Positions 1-12,567 of a stretch of DNA of 64,000 bases are shown one piece after another. The stretch's first letter is position 1. Each line of letters opens with the position of its first letter. Position numbers and translations under genes: made by a program. Source of the DNA: Auanema rhodensis (lineage: Eukaryota > Animalia > Nematoda); NCBI GenBank assembly GCA_964057225.1, contig OZ059895.1:8122001-8186000 (forward strand). The letters are read 5' to 3'. The notes under the pieces were generated by a model. That model was not told where the DNA came from. It made no database searches and saw nothing but the letters and a program-made list of their open reading frames with translations.

Positions 1-179
1 ACCAAGATTTACATATTTCTCATTTCGTGTATCTAATATTTATTAAAAAATAGCTCAGTAATACTCTTCTGTTCTCTAATAGTTGCCTTGATAAATAACT
101 TTATTTTTTATTTTTGTCAATAATTGTTTCTGATCCTCAAGATTTGTATGGTTTTCATTCAGTTTCAGGTTTTAAATCA

Positions 180-1515
180 ATGATATTGGATATCAAGCTA
201 CATGCTCTTTCTAACACAACGGCAATTGAGTTTCTAAATATAGCTGAAGTTCTGATTCTACTCATTGCTATGTTTTGCCTGTGTATATGTTTACGCGTAT
301 TCTTTATCAGTCCTCAATTTCATGTGCACCTAATAGCACTTTTGGTGCACACAGCATTTCTTGGTTTGAATATTAATTGCTTATTTATAAATATGAACTA
401 TCTTAGCATATACAATACATGTAAACCGTATTCTAATGATTATATTGAGTATAATAACTCCTTATACAGGTAATCTCATTTATAAAATTTTTAAAAGAGC
501 AGCAGATGCGTATTAGAGCTGGCAAGAAGAATTAATAATCGAGTATTAAACTTCAATTAACTTTAGATCCAAAAACTGAACCCATATTGTATTCAATAAA
601 GCGGCTCGCCGAGTTTTTACATTTTTCTTCATGTGTCTGTATAATGGGAAACTTGCCCGTATTGATAGGTTGCTTTTATTTATAAAAAGATGTGAAATAT
701 AATGTAAAATTAAGGAGAAAGATTGATTGCCACTATTTGGCTTTCGAACTATGAAAATCATCGAAACTTCTTATGCATTTTCATTGTAATTATTTTGCAA
801 TATGGAATTAGTTTCTGTATGACCTGGGCCATGTATGTGAAAATAGTTCCTATTCTTCCTGCAATAGGATTTGGCTTATTTTTAACAGTTGTATCTGTCG
901 CATTATTCAAAATATTACATAGGTAAATACATATAGACCCTCAAAAGTAACAGATATTTTGCCAATAGAATAAATCAACATCGTTATAAAAAATCTAAAT
1001 TCATTGGAACTACTTATACATTAAGTGAACGCTATCAGCTAGCTGAAAATATACGAACAGCTGGAATAATGAAAAAATGTTGTTTCTTAGGTTCCGCATT
1101 CAATTGCTTTGGAGCATTGGTTAGTCACTCTCACCTGGCTTCATAAAGATATATTCAGATTTTGGCAGCTTTTTATTCATTTCGAGATCATGAAATAACG
1201 CCGCATGTGCTTTATGTACTGTTCAACTTATTTGTAATAGTTTATACTATTCTATTTTTGTTAATGGGAATGTTCAGCCATCAAATTTGGAAAGAAAATT
1301 TTGTAGCGTAAGTGAAAGCAACAAATTTTTGAATTATATAACATTAAACTTGAAAAATTCTCAGGATTATTAAACGTATAGTTAGATGTAAAAATCTTGG
1401 CAGGAATGCAAGTGGAACAGCAGAGTTGAAGAATACTGATGGGTCCCGGATGTCATTCAGTATAGATGAACAACGACAGTATTACTTTAATTCTCTTAGC
1501 ACTTCTTGGAATTAG
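180..1515 (+). CDS. Serpentine chemoreceptor, Sre-like class (multi-exon)
   Basis: TTTCAG at 163-168 precedes the ATG at 180. Spliced product has about 7 hydrophobic segments, 'PQFHVHL', 'GERLIATIWLSNYEN', 'YTLSERYQLAENIR' and C-terminal 'YYFNSLSTSWN*' (TAG 1513-1515), motifs typical of Sre receptors. Confidence 0.8.
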
Positions 1516-1636
1516 TTTTTCATTTATTTTTGTTATTTACAATTGAAGAAGTATATATATATATATATAGATATATAGATCTGCAACAAATAGAATCAAC
1601 AAAAAAATATCGTATAATCTGTAAAAAAATATTCAA

Positions 1637-3313
1637 TCAATGTTGAGTCCATTTGATACTGTTCAAATCAATTCCTTCTTGCACCATCTCCCATAATGGG
1701 CTGAGTTCTCGAAGTCGTTCTGTTTCTTTTACACAAAGGTCAATGGTATGTTGAATCTGAAGGAAAAAAATTGTTTGTGCAAAGAACAAGAAGTGAACTT
1801 CGGCTTCAGTGGTAAATCTTCCAATTCCAAATCGAATTGATGAGTGAGCAAGATCTTCTCCTGTACCAATAGCACGAAGAACATACGATGGCTCTAATGA
1901 TGCAGAAGTACAAGCACTTCCTGATGAAAGTGCAATAGATTTTAAAGCCATTAACAAAGACTCTCCTGAAAATAAAAATACTATCATGTGAAAATAGTTA
2001 TAAAGAAACCTTCAACGTAAGCAAATGAAAGATTAACACATCCTGGATAAGATTTGTTAGCATCGCCATTTCTAATAATATTTCCGAGCTTGCTTTGAAT
2101 TCCTTCAATCAGCATCTTCGAAAGTCTCTGAATATGAGCCGAATCCATCTCTAAATTTTAATGTAGATTTAAACTACCGATATTAATTACGCATTTCATC
2201 CTTAGCAATTTTGCACGCTTCACCCATACCAACACAGAGAAAGGCTGGAACAGTACCCGAGCGTATCCCTCTTTCTTGTCCACCACCACTCATTTGAGCC
2301 TCGAGGCGAACACGAGGTCTTCTACGAACATAAATAGCTCCAATTCCTAAAAGCTGGAAATTTAAGTGAACAACAAAGCATTAATAACCTTTGGGGCCAT
2401 AAAGCTTGTGCCCTGAAATAGACATCAAATCTACTTTCATTGCATTAACATCCATAGGAATCTTTCCTACAGCTTGGGCAGCATCAGTATGAAAATGAAT
2501 CTTTTTAGAACGACAAAGCTCTCCTAAAAACCTCAAATATAACATCTTAATTGCTAAAATTCTAACCCAACTCTGCGATTGGTTGTACTACTCCTATTTC
2601 ATTATTCACCGACATAATGGAAACAAGACATGTCTCTGGTGTGATCGCAGCCTCGAGATCCTCAAAAAATATTTTTATTCAGAACTAAAACGATAACACA
2701 CCTTCATGTTAATTAGACCTCCTTCGTTTACTGGCAAATAAGTAACTTTAAATCCTTCAGATTCTAAAGCACGACATGAATCTAACACGCACTTGTGTTC
2801 CTGAAGTTTAAAACATAAGCTGATTTTTTTCATATTAATAATATACTGTTTGACACGTAATAATGTGATTTTTTCCAGTGTGTTTCTTAAATTTGGCAAC
2901 ACCTTTAATAGCTATGTTATTCGCTTCTGTAGCACCTGATGTGAAAATAATTTCTCTTGGATCAGCCTATAATCATATTTGCAACGTAAAATGTTTTCAA
3001 ATAGCCACACATTTATCAATGAAGCAATATGCTCCCTGGCTGTTTCCACAGCTGTTTCAGCTTTCCAGCCATAGACATGAGTTCTGGAATGTGGGTTACC
3101 GAAATCATTTACCATATAAGGCAACATGGCATCCACGACTCGTGGGTCCTATAACCATTATTAAAAAATATAGCTAAACCGTTCTATACGAACCATTGGT
3201 GACGTAGCTTGAACATCTAAATAAATAGGAGAAGCCTGCTTTGGGTCAACCTTTTGAGTGGCAAAAGCCCTTCTCGTAAGAGAAAAAAGGTCCAAGCCTC
3301 TTCTCGCAAACAT
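1637..3313 (-). CDS. nfs-1: Mitochondrial cysteine desulfurase NFS1
   Basis: Presequence-like '[18 protein letters not shown]', then '[10 protein letters not shown]', 'FGNPHSRTH', PLP lysine '[12 protein letters not shown]', catalytic '[17 protein letters not shown]' and C-terminus 'IKWTQH*'. Confidence 0.97.
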
Positions 3314-3871
3314 CTAATAAGGTCGTGATTAATTGCATATTTCTTAAATGCTTTAGAGATGACAGGATGATGACCAAGCTTAAAAAACACAATAGCTTAG
3401 TTTTAATATTTATAAGTCATGAAAACATTTTCGGAGGTTACTATCAGCACAGGAAGGATACAACGTTATCACGAACATGGCTACGTAATAGTTTAAGAAA
3501 AATTACAAGAAAACAGGACGTCTTTTCTTCAACGGTTAATGAATGACAATAAAATAACGAAAATGATCTCGGTAACGAAAACTATGAAGTTTATACAATG
3601 ACCAAGAGCATGTAACGAATGAAGACGTGCTTATCGGTGAACAAACGTAACAAATTAGATAGACACAGAACCGATTATACTTATTTTACTGAGCATCTGG
3701 CCTGCTATATAAAGAAACATGCTAACATCTCTTACTCATAAGAGTACATCGGAAGCTATAGCTTTAAATATGAACAGGGAATACAGCAAAAGCCTCGTCA
3801 GCATATGGTATTATAAATATAGCTTAAAACAGAATTAAAGAAGATTCTCTAATTGCTAACCGGTGTCTACC

Positions 3872-5385
3872 TTATGCTGATGCAAGTTTCACATCTTCTT
3901 TATTATAATCAGGAGACATGGAATGACTGTTAACCAGCCTAGCTTGTTCCACAACGGGATGGAAGTAAGGATGCTCCATAGCTTCACGAGCCGTTAAACG
4001 TTCCTAAACAAATATAAATTCTTAACCGGTTTCCTAAAATATACATACTTGATGATCATAACGTAAGAGTCTATCCAAGAAATCTAATGCCTCAGGGGAG
4101 ATAAGATGTTGGTTTTCGGCATGAATAAACCTAAAAAATGATGATTATTCATGTATATTTGTTATTTGCCGACCTTTCCCATCTCTTTTTGGAATGTCTT
4201 CCCAAAATGTCATTGAACCGAGGATCTAATTCAATGTGGTATTTCTCAATGTATTCGAACAATTCTTCAGTTCCAAGAACCTTTGCAATTCGTACCAACT
4301 ATAGAAATCAATTAATAAGTTAATCAACATTAATATTTTTTACCTGATCGTAATTGTCATGTCCATGGAAGAAAGGTTCTTTTCTGAAGATCATACTGGC
4401 GAGCATACAACCCAAACTCCACATATCAAGAGAATAATCATAGCATTGATAATCAACAAGCAATTCCGGACCCTGTTGAAATAAAAAACACATTAATTTG
4501 AATACTAAACTAATATACCTTGAAATATCTGGAAGCAACCCGTACATTGTAGTCCTGCTTGGGATGATAAAACTCAGCCAAACCCCAATCAATAAGACGT
4601 AACTGAACAATAATTCAAATAAATTAATATTAAAAAAATTAAAAAATTACTTCTCTTTTTTCATGATCAATCATTACATTGTGTGGCTTAACATCTCTGT
4701 GCATGATACCTTGTGAGTGGCAGAAGTCAAGGGCCTTAAAGAGATAATACTAAATGCTACTATTTATTTTCCAACTTACTTTCAAAAGCTCGTACAAGTA
4801 ATAACGAATGTCAAAATCGCTAAGAGTTTGATATAAGTGCTTGAAATCAGAGTTATTTACATATCTAAAAAAAAAACTAAACTTAAGAATAAAAGAAATT
4901 TGCAAACTCGAAAATGAGAGCAGGGGTTCTAGATACGGGGTCTTTTACTACATCTAATAATGTAATAATATTTGTACCACCCCTTAAATTCTCCAAAATT
5001 TTAATTTCCCTCTTAATCTTCTTTTTTTTGACTGGCTTAAATAAATTAAATATGAAAAATTTAAATAATCTATAACTTATTCACCTTAAGAATCTTAACT
5101 ACAACCTTTTCATCAGTTGTCACCTTGATTCCTTCAAAGACCTTAAAATTAATAAAAATTTCATCCCTTCAGAAGAGTTTAGAATTACCTCAGAGTATTT
5201 TCCACGACCCAGTTTTCTAACTAACTGATAATCATCGATACATCCCCAATCAATTACATGACACTCATAATCCCAGTATTCACGAGGCTTATTCGGATTC
5301 ACCTATGTAAAATGTAATATATTTTTTTACAGAAAATGCTGCTTACATCAGGGTACACCCTAGATTTACTGGAAACTGGAGCCAT
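3872..5385 (-). CDS. kin-3: Casein kinase II catalytic alpha subunit
   Basis: 'SKSRVYPDV', 'REYWDYE', '[10 protein letters not shown]', '[15 protein letters not shown]', '[12 protein letters not shown]', '[10 protein letters not shown]', '[13 protein letters not shown]'. ATG at 5385, TAA at 3872-3874. Confidence 0.97.
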
Positions 5386-5657
5386 ACTAGAAGCCAATAC
5401 CAAGTAAGAGGTATCTAAAAACCAATAAATAAAAAAAATATTTGAAAAATAAAGCTTAAATAGATTAAAATTCTCACGGAAACAACGACACACCTAGAAA
5501 TTCGTGTTACCGTACAATGTTCCGTGCGAGACAATATTTAAAATTTAAAAACCTAGTCCTTTACTCATTGTCATCTAGTTCTTCTAACACAAGTATTTAT
5601 TCTAAATACAAATAATTTATTATAATTTTTATGCCCTTTTAATGTATTATTTTAAAG

Positions 5658-6827
5658 ATGCTGGGTTCTAGCAGATGGCGAGAAACCATAGGGCTCTGCT
5701 CTGCTGTTAGAGCCTGCCAAGCCAGTTGCAGTTCTAAGCGTGTATGATTAAGCTATTTAATTTTTTTCTGTTTACCATACTATCTCAGAACACTTGGGTA
5801 TTAAGAAGAGTCTATGCTCCCGAACCTACTCCTCCTGGAGGTATTCAACGTAATCCTAGAGAATTGCCCGACCTTCAAAAGCTTGAAGTTGTTGAGTTTG
5901 AAACAAAGAAAGCTGCTGGACCCATTCGACTAATTCTTCTTGAAGATATTGAAGGTAATTTACAGTTAAATTTAAGCAGCCTTTGTTTTTTTTGAGGTAT
6001 TGGCCATCAGTTTGATGTTGTTGAAGTTGATCGTAAAAAAGCTCGTACCGATTTACTTTTGTCTAGAAAAGCCGTTTATGCATCTCCTTTCGATCTTGAG
6101 TACTATGCGAAGATGAAAGAAGTATTTAGCTAAAATTGTTCAATGTTTTTTATTTTATTTTAGAAAATGGCTGATGAATTAGCTTCTCGTGTTCGCATTC
6201 CTTTTGAGCTTCTCAGTGTAGGAAGACAATTGCAGAAGCTCGTGGTTCCTATTAAGGTATTGTTAAATATTTAAAATTTATTTTCTTATCAATATCAAAC
6301 TTATTTAAGGTAAGCATGGACAATAAGTGGACAGTAGATCAAAGAATTCTTAAGACGTCACTTCGGCAAGTTGTAAGTTGATTCGTAATTAGTTTGTTTC
6401 AATCAAATTTACCAGGGAGTTGATATTGTTGATGATGCTATTTTCCTGTCCGATCAAGTTATTTCTGGCCCTAACTTCGAATTAGAATCCATGCTTATCA
6501 GATTTTATATAGTGGTAGGTATTAGCCGATTTGATTACTGCATGTTTGTTTGATCTAGATTGAGAAGCAATATATTGTTCCCATGATTGGACGATTGGCT
6601 CATATATCTGTTGATGAATCAAAACAGGTAAGTGGTTTTATACAGAAAAATTGGGCCTATTTTTTTTTATTTAGATTTTATCCCCCCAGGGAAGCAAAAT
6701 GCCATCACCTTCGGATTTGTTGAAATATGGAATCCAACCGGAGGAACCTTATTATTCCAAATCACCCGAATTTGATAATAATTACCCCGTGTTTGATTTT
6801 ATGCAAACTAGATTAAGATCCAAATAG
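5658..6827 (+). CDS. mrpl-9: Mitochondrial ribosomal protein L9 (bL9m)
   Basis: Presequence, then 'TWVLRRVYAP' and the bL9 N-domain 'IRLILLEDIEGIGHQFDVVEV..ARTDLLLSRKAVYASP'. TAG at 6825-6827. Confidence 0.9.
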
Positions 6828-7000
6828 AGTAGTAGAATTTTGTGTACATAGGTTGTTTCAGTTGTTTTATTTTTTGTTAATGTTAAGAATAACTTTAAGA
6901 TTTTTTTTAATGTTTTGAAAGGTTATAACACCCTTCAAATTCTTTTCATATTTTTTTGTTTGAGTAATATTTTTCTTTCATTCTTTCAGTATCTGAAAAA

Positions 7001-8327
7001 ATGGTTTTGGAAAGTACTATGATTTGGTGAGTAGATGCATAGTACTCTACGTTATACTTTTATTGCAGCGTTGATAACTCCGAATGGATGAGAAACGGAG
7101 ATTTTGTTCCTACTCGTCTACAATGCCAACAGGATGCTGCAAATCTTGTTATGAACTGTAAGCTTCGCGCTAACCCAGAGAATGCTGTTGGTCTGTTATC
7201 TATGGCAAAGTAACTTTTCTTTTTTGTGTTAAAAATAATCTTTTTTTATTAGTGGTGTTCATGTATTATCTACTATGACTCAAGAAAATTCACGTTTATA
7301 CATGAAACTTCATCAGCTCGAACCAATGGTGTGTTGAAATCTATCTAATAGAGTATTAAATAATATTTTAAGGGCAAATGCAATTTTTTAGCTTCCATCA
7401 AGGTTGCGCATCTGGCTCTGAAACACAGACAAAATAGAAGTCATCGTATGCGAGTGGTTCTTTTCATTGGGAGCCCCATCGATGGGCTTGACACTAACGA
7501 GGTATGATGATTATTCACCTTCAATTTACATACTGATTTGTTTTTTTAAGCTTACAAGATTGGCTAAAAAATTCAAGAAGGAAAAAGTTGATTGTGATGT
7601 CGTATGCTTTGGTGAGACTGACTCTGAAAACAGCAAACTTATGGGGCAATTTATTGATACTTTAAACGGAAAGTAGGATTAAAATAATTCATTAAAATAT
7701 CATTAATATACTTAAAGGGATGGCACTGGTTCCAACCTTGTTGTCGTTTCTTCCGGTTCAACCCTTACCGATGCACTCTTAAACTCTCCTATTTGTCGTG
7801 GAGAAGATGGAGGAAGCGCTAATATTGGCGGAGGCGGATATGAATTCGGCGTTGATCCTGACGAGGATCCTGATCTTGCTTTAGCTCTTAGAGTTTCGAT
7901 GGAAGAAGAGAGAGCACGTCAAGCAGCTGTGGCCGCTGCAGCCGCAGCTGCTGATGGTGCTTCTGAATCCGCACCGTTACCAGCTGTACAAGAATCTGAT
8001 GTAATGGATATCGATATGGGTGCTATGACAGAAGAGCAACAATTAGAATGGGCTCTTCGAATGTCTATGCAACCAAATGACCAAGGTTAATCAAATGATA
8101 TTTCAAATATAACCTTAGTTTTATAGCTCAAGCAGAAACAACCTCTGCACCAGCTGAAGTTAATGTTCAAGATAATCTGGATGAATTAATGGAAAATCCA
8201 GAATTGCTTCAACAAATTGTAAATGAATTGCCTACTGCAAATGATAAGGTAAGATCATTAAGATCCTTAATAAAGTGATGTCAATGTATTATAGAAGGAT
8301 TCCGATAAATCTGCGGAGGACAAATAA
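7001..8327 (+). CDS. rpn-10: 26S proteasome ubiquitin receptor Rpn10/PSMD4
   Basis: vWA start '[26 protein letters not shown]'; UIM1 '[14 protein letters not shown]'; UIM2 '[13 protein letters not shown]'. Confidence 0.97.
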
Positions 8328-8456
8328 GGTGCAAGTTGTATACTAACCGATGGTTCCTTATTTATTTTCTTTCTGTAAACTATAAAATAAACATTTCACG
8401 AGTATAAATGAAATAATTTGATTGCAAAATAACAAAGCTATCACAATTCTTTCTAT

Positions 8457-8649
8457 TTAGTCTTTCTTGTATTGCTTCAAATAGTTTTCTATTTTCGCAG
8501 ACAGTTCTGTGGTTGACGGAACAGGAGGAAGCTAAAAAATTGACCAGTTTGAAAATAATTTTCTAAGTTCTAACCTCGTAGTTTTGACAAGCGTACACTC
8601 CGGCATAAGTACCAATGGCGAAAGAAATAATATGAGATAAGAGTCCCAT
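8457..8649 (-). CDS. STMP1: Short transmembrane mitochondrial protein 1 (STMP1/Mm47-like) micropeptide, 49 aa
   Basis: Two 75-nt exons (8575-8649, 8457-8531) around a 43-nt GT-AG intron give MGLLSHIISFAIGTYAGVYACQNYELPPVPSTTELSAKIENYLKQYKKD, matching the STMP1 pattern 'F.xG...GxYxxQNYxxP'. Below the ORF-track length cutoff. Confidence 0.85.
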
Positions 8650-8769
8650 TAATGCCTAATCAAAGCATGAAAATCTCAAACATAAAAAATGACAATATAT
8701 TGATGGTAATCCAGCTTTAATGAAACAGTATTTTATTCATTCTTTACTTTTCCGTGCAATATACAAAGA

Positions 8770-10887
8770 TTATTTTTTAAGCGAAAACAAATTTTCATCT
8801 AAACGACGTCTTTCTAATTTACAACGATCAACCCAAAACGATGAGACAATGTGTACAGAAGAACCTGCAAAACAATAAAAAAAACCTTTTCACCTTAAAA
8901 CCAACCTGCTTTACGAGCTTTTGGTGTGTTTCTAAACGCTGAGATAATATGAGTTACAGAAGGTGTTACATCATTGGCATATGTCGCACCAAGCGATAAA
9001 GCCTTAAAAAAACAGTATTAATAACTTTGCTCTTTTTTTTGTGTCATGTTATTTAACTAACTTTATCACGAAGGTTAGTTCTTTCAGGGTTTTGAAATCC
9101 ACTTAATGTGAAAACTACACCTTGTAAAGGAGCTGTTATCTGCAGTAATACAAAATAAAAAATATATATCATAGTTGCTCACATTAGGTAGGTAAGAATT
9201 AGGCTTATTCACAGTTTTTCCTAGAGGTGACTTGGTCTGACTACTAGGAGCTGAAAATTTATATAATTTATTGTTCGAACCCGTTTACTTACTTTTTGGA
9301 GTATTTTTGTCATCTGATTTAAAAGTATGTTTACCTAGACAATAAATAATAAAAACATGAATTTTTTTAAAACTCACTTCTTTTAGCACCATTCTGAGCC
9401 GATGATGGTGATGTTTCTAAAGAGGATCGCTTGAAGCTATGATTTGTTTGAGATGGTGTTCGTTGTGGAAATGAAGAACTATCTGATGTAGATGGCAGAC
9501 AATCTAAATTATACAAAAATTTCATTAGCACATTGGTTTGCTCTAACTGAACCTAATGATGATTCATTCACATTATCTGAGACAGTAATGTCATCAAAAC
9601 TGTCATCGCACTTATTTTCTGTAAGTAGAAAATTTATAGAAATGTTTCTAGCTCACTCGAACCAGTCGGTGAATCTTCACGTTTAGAGTCAGTATTGTGA
9701 CTAACAATGAGACTATTATCCAGAGAATTATTGTTAGTGGAACCAAACTCCAAGCCAATTTCGTCCTTGAGCAGCCTAGTTAAGAACGTTCCTAAAACTC
9801 GAATATAAATCTCATTTCAATAACCGCACCTACCGTTAGTTGAAGTTGTGTGTTTTGGAGTAGCTGGAGGCATATTCATTGCTTGTGAGTTGTTCTTGTT
9901 GCAGAGTATACTTTTCTCTCTTTCGGCCTTCAACATTTTCCATTGAGCTAATCTATCTTTCTTTTTATCATTAACATTGCTGGAGCCCCGAACACGACCT
10001 TTGCTGTCAAGTAAAAGAGGATCAGATACATTAGGCAATTCAATTTTAGGTGTGCTCTAGGATGAAATATATAAATATAAAGTTATATTAAAAAATATAT
10101 ACCAATGTTGTGATTGAACTCTTACGCATTTGTTCTTCCTTCTCTATCAAATCCTCTATCTCATCAAAGTATGTTCTAGGTTTTATAACTTTTTCCTTAG
10201 CTAAAAAACTTCTCAAATAAAATAGAAATTAAAATTTTTTTTCACTTCTCTGTGTAGTATCAATGCTCGGAATCACGCAACCTAACGGGGTAAGCGTCAC
10301 ACTAGAATCAAAATCATCTATACCACCAATTACAGTTATAAAAGATATTCCATAAGGAATTTTTTTATTAAAAGGTTGCCTACAAACAATCTAAGAAAAA
10401 TATATAACTAAATTTTTGAGAAACCTTTACTAAATCCCACTTCTGGGTTTGAGCAGCAGGATAAAAATCGGTCTTGCTGTATCTATGAACTTTATTACCA
10501 TTTTTTTCTTTACGCGAATCTCCAGGTTCCATTAACGCGACATCGTGCAATAACGTCTATAAGATGAAAATATTGGTACTATGGCGAACGAACATTTGTA
10601 CCACATATTCTGGATTATCATAACAAGATTTGGCAACTAATACTTCAATAAAAGCACTAAATTCATTTCCTACATCAATATAAGTTATAATATCTTCTTT
10701 AGAAAGTTTCAAAATGACTACGTTAGAATTTTTTCCTGAATTTGAATTGATTTTAATTTGAACATAATTCACCACCTGCTTTTCCTTTAAATGATCTACT
10801 TTTTCTTGTATCCAGCAAATTCGAAGCTTCAAACCATTCATGAGCTTCAGACGAAGAAACTACTTGAGTGAATTTTAATTGCGGCAT
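8770..10887 (-). CDS. XRCC1: XRCC1 single-strand-break repair scaffold (N-terminal domain + one BRCT)
   Basis: NTD 'MPQLKFTQVVSSS..ASNLL', 'VVILKLSKEDIITYIDVGNEFSAFIEVLV', 'WDLVKIVCRQPFNKKIPYGISFITV'; BRCT 'LQGVVFTLSGFQNPERTNLRDKALSLGATY..VTHIISAFRNTPK..WVDRC'. TAA at 8770-8772. Confidence 0.9.
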
Positions 10888-11086
10888 TGTTAATTATATT
10901 AATTGAATACCAACATCAGTTAGCTTTACTATTTTCTCAAATCACCGTTTGATAAAAAATATTTTGTACGTGATTACGTATGCTTCGAAATGAAAATGTA
11001 TACAATCTGTGTGAAATCACAATTCATATGTTATGTTACTTCATGAAATTCTTAATTGTAATTTTAATGCTAATTTTTATTACAGA

Positions 11087-11753
11087 ATGAGTGAATCCAA
11101 AGAAGAATCGCCTATTTCTGACAGTTTGAAAGCTCTTGAAGAACTTTTTAAAGATAGATATTCATCGGTATACTCTTATATATGTATATATTATAATTTT
11201 TGGTAATATCCTTTTAAGAATGATCCTGCGTATTGCCAAATACAGAGAGGTTTTGATGATCCTATACTTGTTCATCCTTGGAATGCTCAACCTAAGCGTG
11301 TTTTCGACTACACTCGTAACCGGGGAAGAGGACGGTAATCTTACAAGTTAAGCAGTATATTGTAATGTACTTTTCAGTGGATACTCCAATCATAATCAGA
11401 ACCGAAATTTTTATGATCACGCTGCAAGAAAGAGAAAAGCCGATTATAATTATGACAACTCTCAACGGTTCCCCAATGATAGGCAAGATGGAGAAAGAAG
11501 AGGCTACCACAATGATAGACAAGGTGGAGCAAGAAGAGGCTACCACAATGATAGGCAAAATGGAGATCGAAGAGCCTACCCCAATGATAGGCAAGATGGA
11601 GAACGAAGAGTCTACCACAATAATAGGCAAGATGGAGAAAGAAGAAGCTTCCACAACGATAGACAAGATGGAGAAAGAAGAGGCTTCGAGGGTCAACAGA
11701 GAGGTGGCTCTCAATTCCACGGAAACAGCCGTACATTTTATCCTGGCCGATAG
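11087..11753 (+). CDS. RAMAC: RNMT-activating mini-protein (RAM/FAM103A1)-like, 190 aa
   Basis: Exons 11087-11167, 11219-11334 and 11378-11753 are in phase. N-terminal 'LEELFKDRYSSNDPAY..DDPILVHPWN' aligns with human RAM 'FEEMFASRFTENDKEY..ESPPIVEEWN', followed by an N/R/G/Y-rich tail. Confidence 0.75.
11475..11690 (+). repeat. Coding tandem repeat, 6 x 36 bp (consensus NDRQDGERRGYH)
   Basis: Unit aatgataggcaagatggagaaagaagaggctaccac repeated six times with substitutions inside RAM exon 3. Confidence 0.95.
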
Positions 11754-11895
11754 TAATATTTGATCTCATTATGTTATAACAATTGATAATTATCGATTAA
11801 ATAACTCCTTATCATATATATTTATAAACCAAGTTAAAAAGTTTCACAAAATATAGTACATAATAGATTGCAGAAGAGCAAGAAAAACCAAGATC

Positions 11896-12567
11896 TTAAT
11901 CTTCACACCATGCATTTTCCTTCCTGATCAAGTTTTCTTCATCGGGAGAGAAATCATTCTTAATATTGAAAGTTCTCCGAATTTCATCAGGACATTTTCC
12001 CTTAAAATGTCATTATTTAGTAGAACCAAAGTACAATGCAAACCCTGATCATTGAAGCAACTGTCTTGCATGCGGAATCCAAAAGACCTTTGATATCCAT
12101 ATAGTTAGCGGCCTAAAGAAAAACAAATATATATCACATCCTTATTTATTTTTAACCATGATAAGCTCGAATAAGGTTGCCTGATCTATTTTCAAAAAGG
12201 CAGCATCCCAGGCACAAATATCTTCAGCACCTCTCTCTTGTGGGTCAGTAGTTAATACCTCTCCTTTATGATATTCCATCCATTGAATAACCCAAAAAAG
12301 AAAAACTATAAAAAAACTAAAAAAAAAACTTACTTTTTTCAAAATACTGGTATTAACTTTAGGGAGAGGGATGTTTCTAGCTTCATTATCATCATCCAAA
12401 TCATCCAATTTCAAATCCTGTAACATGCAAATAAAATTATTTTAAAAAAAAACAATACCAACACTGATACAAGTGTCGAGTAAAGTGGAGAGCTTAGCAC
12501 ATTCCCGAGAAATGCGAAAGACGCCGCCATCACTTGTAGTCAATTTAATTGTTCTTTCAGTATTCAT
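11896..12567 (-). CDS. SKP1: SKP1-related (skr family) SCF adaptor
   Basis: '[11 protein letters not shown]', '[17 protein letters not shown]', '[30 protein letters not shown]', '[24 protein letters not shown]'. Confidence 0.93.

Noticed and set aside
11475-11690. CRISPR-like appearance of the 36-bp repeats
   Set aside because: Head-to-tail with no spacers, inside a eukaryotic exon, and no cas genes.
11292-11769. Three overlapping ORF-track ORFs on both strands (hydrophobic or acidic repeats)
   Set aside because: By-products of the stop-free 36-bp repeat; splice phases and RAM similarity select a different plus-strand frame.
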